Positions 58,702 through 64,000 of a DNA stretch of 64,000 bases are shown here, piece by piece. The DNA is from a phage. The stretch lies in sequence record PZ543597.1. One strand, written 5' to 3'. A program made the translations under genes and the position numbers. Numbering within the stretch: the first letter of the stretch is position 1; each line of letters starts with the position of its first letter. The notes beneath the pieces were generated by a model. The model was not told the DNA's origin and did not search any database. It was given only the letters and a program-made list of their open reading frames with translations.

Positions 58702-60380
58702 AGAATTTTAAACTAAACCGAGTTAGGTATCAAAATATAATGTCAGTAGGTGGAAATCCTATTGACATTCAATTAGATAAGGTTCAAAAAACTCTTATTA
58801 CTGGACGAAATGGCGGTGGTAAGTCTACTATGTTAGAAGCCATCACATTTGGGCTTTTTGGCAAGCCATTTCGTGATGTAAAGAAAGGCCAATTAATAAA
58901 CAGCACAAATAAGAAAGAACTTTTAGTTGAACTGTGGATGGAATATGATGAGAAAAAGTACTATATCAAAAGAGGACAAAAACCAAACGTTTTCGAAATC
59001 ACCGTTAACGGTACACGTCTTAATGAATCTGCCAGCAGTAAAGATTTCCAAGCAGAATTTGAACAGCTTATCGGAATGTCATATGCCAGTTTCAAGCAGA
59101 TTGTTGTCCTTGGTACAGCAGGGTATACCCCTTTCATGGGTTTGTCGACCCCTGCGCGAAGAAAGCTTGTGGAAGACCTGCTTGAGGTAGGAACATTAGC
59201 TGAAATGGATAAGCTTAATAAAGCACTAATACGTGAATTAAATTCACAAAACCAAGTGCTTGATGTTAAAAAAGATAGTATTATCCAACAAATTAAAATA
59301 TATAATGATAACGTTGAACGCCAGAAAAAATTAACTGGTGATAACCTTACTCGTCTGCAGAATATGTATGATGATTTGGCGAAAGAAGCTAGAACGTTAA
59401 AATCGGAAATAGAAGAAGCTAATGAAAGATTAGTTAATATTGTTTTGGATGAAGACCCGACTGATGCATTTAATAAAATCGGTCAAGAAGCATTTTTAAT
59501 TAAATCAAAAATTGACTCGTATAATAAAGTCATTAATATGTATCACGAAGGTGGATTATGTCCAACCTGTTTGTCACAATTAAGTTCCGGTGATAAAGTT
59601 GTTTCTAAAATTAAAGATAAAGTTTCTGAATGCACACATTCGTTTGAACAGCTTTCAACGCATCGTGATAATTTAAAAGTTCTTGTTGACGAATACCGAG
59701 ACAATATTAAAACCCAGCAGACGCTGGCAAATGATATTCGCAATAAAAAGCAATCCTTAATCACGACGGTAGATAAAGCTAAAAAAGTTAAAGCGGCTAT
59801 AGAAAAAGCATCATCTGAGTTTATTGACCATGCTGATGAAATAGCACTGCTTCAAGAAGAACTTGATAAAATTGTTAAGACAAAAACTAATTTAGTAATG
59901 GAAAAATACCACAGAGGAATTTTGACTGACATGCTCAAAGATTCTGGTATTAAAGGTGCTATTATTAAAAAGTACATTCCATTATTTAATAAGCAGATTA
60001 ACCATTATCTTAAAATAATGGAAGCGGATTATGTGTTTACATTAGATGAAGAATTTAATGAGACAATTAAATCCCGTGGTCGTGAAGATTTTAGTTATGC
60101 TTCATTTAGTCAAGGCGAAAAAGCACGAATTGATATTGCTCTTTTATTTACTTGGCGTGATATTGCTGAAAAAGTTTCAGGTGTTAAAATAAACACATTA
60201 ATTCTTGATGAAGTTTTTGATTCAGCAACTGATGTTGAAGGTGTAAAAGCTATTTCAACTATTTTAGATAGTTTAAAAAATACTAATGTTTTTGTTATTT
60301 CGCATAGAGACCATGATCCGCAAGCATATGGTCAGCATCTTCAAATGAAGAAAGTTGGTCGGTTTACTGTAATGGTTTAA
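58698..60380 (+). CDS. 46: recombination endonuclease subunit gp46 (Rad50/SbcC-like ATPase)
   Basis: 560-aa ORF with Walker A GRNGGGKST, central coiled coil with CPTC zinc hook, and C-terminal signature and Walker B motifs. Confidence 0.95.
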   Translation: MKNFKLNRVRYQNIMSVGGNPIDIQLDKVQKTLITGRNGGGKSTMLEAITFGLFGKPFRDVKKGQLINSTNKKELLVELWMEYDEKKYYIKRGQKPNVFEITVNGTRLNESASSKDFQAEFEQLIGMSYASFKQIVVLGTAGYTPFMGLSTPARRKLVEDLLEVGTLAEMDKLNKALIRELNSQNQVLDVKKDSIIQQIKIYNDNVERQKKLTGDNLTRLQNMYDDLAKEARTLKSEIEEANERLVNIVLDEDPTDAFNKIGQEAFLIKSKIDSYNKVINMYHEGGLCPTCLSQLSSGDKVVSKIKDKVSECTHSFEQLSTHRDNLKVLVDEYRDNIKTQQTLANDIRNKKQSLITTVDKAKKVKAAIEKASSEFIDHADEIALLQEELDKIVKTKTNLVMEKYHRGILTDMLKDSGIKGAIIKKYIPLFNKQINHYLKIMEADYVFTLDEEFNETIKSRGREDFSYASFSQGEKARIDIALLFTWRDIAEKVSGVKINTLILDEVFDSATDVEGVKAISTILDSLKNTNVFVISHRDHDPQAYGQHLQMKKVGRFTVMV

Positions 60381-60435
60381 TTTATAAGAGATTATGCTTT
60401 AATTTATTAGAGTATAATCTCTATGGAGGAAAAAC

Positions 60436-60624
60436 ATGGAATATTCAACTGGACAGCATCTATTAACTATTCCTGAAATAAAACGATATATTCTGAGAAA
60501 TAATTTTTCTAATGAAGAGCATATAGTTACTGAATCTATGCTTAAGAATGCATTTAAATCAGAATATACGAAAATAATGTCCAACAGAAATGAAGCTTGG
60601 ACTGTTACTGATTATTATGACTAA
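60436..60624 (+). CDS. hypothetical small protein
   Basis: 62-aa ORF with RBS ggaggaaaaac. Confidence 0.5.
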   Translation: MEYSTGQHLLTIPEIKRYILRNNFSNEEHIVTESMLKNAFKSEYTKIMSNRNEAWTVTDYYD

Positions 60625-60633
60625 AGGTGTATT

Positions 60634-61023
60634 ATGACTAAAATTACTGTGAATTATACTGTTGATGTAAAAGATATTCAGCCAAAACACGTGCGTTCTG
60701 AATCAAATCCGCAAAACCAAAATAAAATTCGTCGAGCATGGGTTTTGTCTCTTTCTGATAACGCGATGGAAGTTATTCAGAATAAAATTAAATCTGCACC
60801 TGCTCGTCATGCGTATTATGAAGCTATCGATCGTGAAGTGAGTGATAAATGGATTGAACTAATGCGCAAACATACGACAGAATCTCTAAATGCTGGTGCT
60901 AAATTTATTATGACTTCATGTGGTGAACGCCTTGAAGACGATTATTGTGGTAATGCAGATGAACGTCTAATTGTTGCTGCTCAAATTGTTGCTGAAACAA
61001 TTGCTGCTGATTTTAATCGTTAA
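60634..61023 (+). CDS. rpbA: RNA polymerase-binding protein
   Basis: 129-aa ORF in the T4 rpbA position between 46 and 45; same length as T4 RpbA. Confidence 0.75.
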   Translation: MTKITVNYTVDVKDIQPKHVRSESNPQNQNKIRRAWVLSLSDNAMEVIQNKIKSAPARHAYYEAIDREVSDKWIELMRKHTTESLNAGAKFIMTSCGERLEDDYCGNADERLIVAAQIVAETIAADFNR

Positions 61024-61078
61024 TTGCTTTATTAAATTAGTTATAAAATTAAATCTTATTTGAATTGAAGGAAATTAC

Positions 61079-61765
61079 ATGAAACTGTCTAAAGATACTA
61101 CTGCTCTGCTTAAAAATTTCGCTACTATTAACTCCGGTATTATGCTTAAATCCGGTCAATTTATTATGACTCGCGCGGTTAATGGTACTACTTATGCGGA
61201 AGCAAATATTTCTGACACTATTGATTTTGATGTAGCAATTTACGATTTGAACGGTTTTCTCGGTATTCTGTCTCTAGTTAATGACGATGCAGAAATTTCC
61301 CAGTCAGAAGATGGTAATATTAAAATTGCTGATGCCCGTTCAACAATTTTTTGGCCAGCAGCCGATCCGAGTACAGTAGTTGCTCCTAATAAACCAATTC
61401 CATTCCCGGTAGCATCTGTTGTTACTGAAATTAAAGCTGAAGACCTTCAACAGCTGTTGCGTGTATCTCGTGGTCTGCAGATTGATACAATTGCTATCAC
61501 AGTAAAAGAAGGTAAAATCGTAATTAACGGTTTTAATAAAGTAGAAGATTCTGCTTTGACTCGTGTTAAATATTCTTTGACTCTTGGTGATTATGATGGT
61601 GAAAATACATTTAATTTCATTATCAATATGGCAAATATGAAAATGCAACCAGGAAATTATAAACTTCTTCTCTGGGCAAAAGGTAAACAAGGCGCTGCTA
61701 AATTTGAAGGTGAACATGCGAATTATGTAGTAGCTCTTGAAGCTGATTCTACCCACGATTTTTAA
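61079..61765 (+). CDS. 45: sliding clamp gp45
   Basis: 228-aa ORF MKLSKDTTALLKNFATINSGIMLKSGQFIMTRAV...; matches T4 gp45 as recalled. Confidence 0.95.
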   Translation: MKLSKDTTALLKNFATINSGIMLKSGQFIMTRAVNGTTYAEANISDTIDFDVAIYDLNGFLGILSLVNDDAEISQSEDGNIKIADARSTIFWPAADPSTVVAPNKPIPFPVASVVTEIKAEDLQQLLRVSRGLQIDTIAITVKEGKIVINGFNKVEDSALTRVKYSLTLGDYDGENTFNFIINMANMKMQPGNYKLLLWAKGKQGAAKFEGEHANYVVALEADSTHDF

Positions 61766-61767
61766 TA

Positions 61768-61788
61768 GAGGGCTTCGGCCCTTTATAA
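61768..61788 (+). terminator. hairpin after gene 45 (attenuator/terminator)
   Basis: agggcttcggccct followed by ttataatt. Confidence 0.5.
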
Positions 61789-61816
61789 TTTACACTAAAA
61801 CTTGAATGAGGAAATT

Positions 61817-62776
61817 ATGATTACTGTAAATGAAAAAGAACACATTCTTGAACAGAAATATCGTCCATCTACTATCGATGAATGTATTCTTCCCGCCTTT
61901 GATAAAGAAACCTTTAAATCTATTACAAGTAAAGGTAAGATTCCACATATTATTCTTCATTCTCCTTCTCCAGGAACAGGTAAAACAACCGTAGCAAAAG
62001 CATTGTGTCATGATGTAAATGCTGATATGATGTTTGTGAATGGGTCAGATTGTAAAATTGATTTCGTTCGTGGTCCTTTGACTAATTTTGCTAGTGCAGC
62101 TTCATTTGATGGTCGTCAAAAAGTAATCGTTATTGATGAATTTGACCGTTCAGGATTAGCAGAGTCTCAGCGACATCTTCGTTCCTTTATGGAAGCTTAT
62201 AGTTCAAACTGTAGTATTATTATTACTGCTAACAATATTGATGGTATTATTAAACCGCTTCAGTCACGCTGCCGAGTTATTACGTTCGGTCAACCGACCG
62301 ATGAAGATAAAATTGAAATGATGAAGCAGATGATTCGTCGATTGACTGAAATCTGCAAGCGTGAAGGAATTGCTATAGCTGATATGAAAGTTGTAGCAGC
62401 TTTGGTTAAAAAGAATTTTCCTGATTTTCGTAAAACTATTGGCGAGCTCGATAGTTATTCATCTAAAGGTGTTTTGGATGCTGGTATTTTATCACTGGTT
62501 ACTAACGATCGTGGTGCTATTGATGATGTTCTTGAGTCTCTCAAAAATAAAGATGTTAAACAGCTCAGAGCTTTAGCACCAAAATATGCAGCTGATTATT
62601 CGTGGTTCGTAGGTAAACTTGCCGAAGAAATCTATACACGCGTAACTCCGCAAAGTATTATTCGTATGTATGAAATTGTTGGTGAAAATAACCAGTATCA
62701 TGGAATTGCGGCTAATACTGAATTACATTTAGCATATCTTTTCATTCAATTGGCATGTGAAATGCAGTGGAAGTGA
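61817..62776 (+). CDS. 44: clamp loader large subunit gp44
   Basis: 319 aa from [17 protein letters not shown]...; Walker A GTGKTT, Walker B DEFD; the track ORF starts 5 codons upstream of the RBS-supported ATG. Confidence 0.95.
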   Translation: MITVNEKEHILEQKYRPSTIDECILPAFDKETFKSITSKGKIPHIILHSPSPGTGKTTVAKALCHDVNADMMFVNGSDCKIDFVRGPLTNFASAASFDGRQKVIVIDEFDRSGLAESQRHLRSFMEAYSSNCSIIITANNIDGIIKPLQSRCRVITFGQPTDEDKIEMMKQMIRRLTEICKREGIAIADMKVVAALVKKNFPDFRKTIGELDSYSSKGVLDAGILSLVTNDRGAIDDVLESLKNKDVKQLRALAPKYAADYSWFVGKLAEEIYTRVTPQSIIRMYEIVGENNQYHGIAANTELHLAYLFIQLACEMQWK

Positions 62777-62777
62777 T

Positions 62778-63341
62778 ATGAGCTTATTTGAAGATGATAT
62801 TCAATTAAACGAGCATCAAGTTGCTTGGTATTCAAAAGATTGGACAGCTGTCCAATCCGCTGCTGATTCTTTTAAAGAAAAAGCTGAAAATGAGTTTTTT
62901 GAAATAATTGGAGCTATTAATAATAAAACTAAATGCTCTATTGCTCAAAAAGATTATTCAAAATTCATGGTTGAAAATGCATTATCACAATTTCCAGAGT
63001 GCATGCCAGCTGTATATGCTATGAATTTAATTGGATCAGGCTTAAGTGATGAAGCCCATTTTAATTATCTAATGGCTGCAGTTCCTCGTGGTAAAAGATA
63101 TGGTAAATGGGCAAAACTGGTTGAAGATTCTACCGAAGTATTGATTATTAAGTTACTTGCTAAACGGTATCAAGTTAATACAAATGATGCAATTAACTAT
63201 AAATCAATTCTTACTAAAAATGGAAAACTACCTTTAGTATTAAAAGAACTTAAAGGATTAGTCACGGATGATTTTTTGAAAGAAGTGACTAAGAACGTAA
63301 AAGAACAGAAACAACTCAAAAAACTAGCATTGGAATGGTAA
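62778..63341 (+). CDS. 62: clamp loader small subunit gp62
   Basis: 187 aa from [14 protein letters not shown]..., immediately after the gene 44 stop. Confidence 0.9.
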   Translation: MSLFEDDIQLNEHQVAWYSKDWTAVQSAADSFKEKAENEFFEIIGAINNKTKCSIAQKDYSKFMVENALSQFPECMPAVYAMNLIGSGLSDEAHFNYLMAAVPRGKRYGKWAKLVEDSTEVLIIKLLAKRYQVNTNDAINYKSILTKNGKLPLVLKELKGLVTDDFLKEVTKNVKEQKQLKKLALEW

Positions 63342-63342
63342 A

Positions 63343-63711
63343 ATGATTGAAATTACTCTTAAAAAACCTGAAGATTTTCTGAAAGTAAAAGAAACTTTGA
63401 CTCGTATGGGAATTGCTAATAATAAAGATAAAGTTCTGTATCAGTCCTGTCATATTCTTCAGAAAAAAGGACTATACTATATCGTTCATTTTAAAGAAAT
63501 GCTTCGTATGGATGGCCGTCAAGTTGAAATGACAGAAGAAGATGAAGTTCGTCGTGATTCGATTGCATGGCTGTTAGAAGATTGGGGACTGATTGAAATC
63601 GTTCCTGGACAAAGAACTTTTATGAAAGATTTAACTAATAACTTCCGAGTTATTTCTTTTAAACAAAAACATGAATGGAAACTCGTTCCTAAATATACGA
63701 TTGGTAATTAA
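63343..63711 (+). CDS. regA: translational repressor RegA
   Basis: 122-aa ORF MIEITLKKPEDFLKVKETLTRMGIANNKDKVLYQSCHIL...; matches T4 RegA as recalled. Confidence 0.95.
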   Translation: MIEITLKKPEDFLKVKETLTRMGIANNKDKVLYQSCHILQKKGLYYIVHFKEMLRMDGRQVEMTEEDEVRRDSIAWLLEDWGLIEIVPGQRTFMKDLTNNFRVISFKQKHEWKLVPKYTIGN

Positions 63712-63714
63712 GCA

Positions 63715-63735
63715 AGGGGCTTCGGCCCCTTATTT
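63715..63735 (+). terminator. hairpin after regA
   Basis: aggggcttcggcccct followed by tatttgg. Confidence 0.5.
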
Positions 63736-63793
63736 GGAGTATAATATATATATCAAGAGCCTAATAACTCGGGCTATAAACTAAGGAATATCT

Positions 63794-64000
63794 ATGAAAG
63801 AATTTTATATCTCTATCGAAACAGTCGGAAATAACATTGTTGAACGTTATATTGATGAAAATGGAAAGGAACGTACTCGCGAAGTAGAATATCTTCCAAC
63901 TATGTTTAGACATTGTAAGGAAGAGTCAAAGTACAAAGACATCTATGGTAAAAATTGCGCTCCTCAAAAATTTCCATCAATGAAAGATGCTCGAGATTGG
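63794..64000 (+). CDS. 43: DNA polymerase gp43, N-terminal 69 codons (runs off the window)
   Basis: MKEFYISIETVGNNIVERYIDENGKERTREVEYLPTMFRHCKEESKYKDIYGKNCAPQKFPSMKDARDW with RBS taaggaata; matches the T4 gp43 N-terminus as recalled. Confidence 0.9.
   Translation, partial: MKEFYISIETVGNNIVERYIDENGKERTREVEYLPTMFRHCKEESKYKDIYGKNCAPQKFPSMKDARDW

Overview
This window is a T4-type (Tevenvirinae) myovirus genome segment, colinear with phage T4 from gene 14/13 through the 5' end of gene 43 but in the opposite orientation. Minus strand, 1-16951: late neck and baseplate genes 14 (partial), 13, wac, 12, 11, 10, 9, 8, 7, 6, 5.4, 5.1-like, 5 and 53. Plus strand from 16999: 4, 2, 3, 1, 57A, 57B; an internal-protein locus; an 11-gene tRNA cluster; the nudE / e (lysozyme) / denV / GrcA-like / regB / tk / rI block; an ~11 kb block of small unknown genes; then nrdC, gene 49, nrdD, nrdG, gene 55, a-gt, 47, 46, rpbA, 45, 44, 62, regA and the start of 43. 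Fourteen T4-style early promoters with an exact 17-bp spacer punctuate the plus strand. Core proteins match T4 sequences recalled from memory, but the lysozyme C-terminus, the internal-protein genes and the tRNA complement differ, so this is a T4 relative rather than T4 itself. Main anomalies: (1) a perfect 169-bp tandem duplication splits essential baseplate gene 7; (2) the tRNA cluster carries Tyr, Asn and His in addition to the eight T4 species; (3) four capsid-targeting-sequence genes sit at three loci, two of them flanked by an identical terminator hairpin; (4) a nucleotidyltransferase-fold gene, a DUF4031-like gene, an AAA ATPase and a four-gene paralogue array lie in the accessory block; (5) a macro-domain-like gene and a host-like GrcA gene with a sharp codon-usage switch. 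No CRISPR array, integrase, intron or homing-endonuclease ORF was recognised. Nothing was searched against a database; every homology call is from memory of T4 proteins or from motifs, so novelty relative to T4 is unverified.
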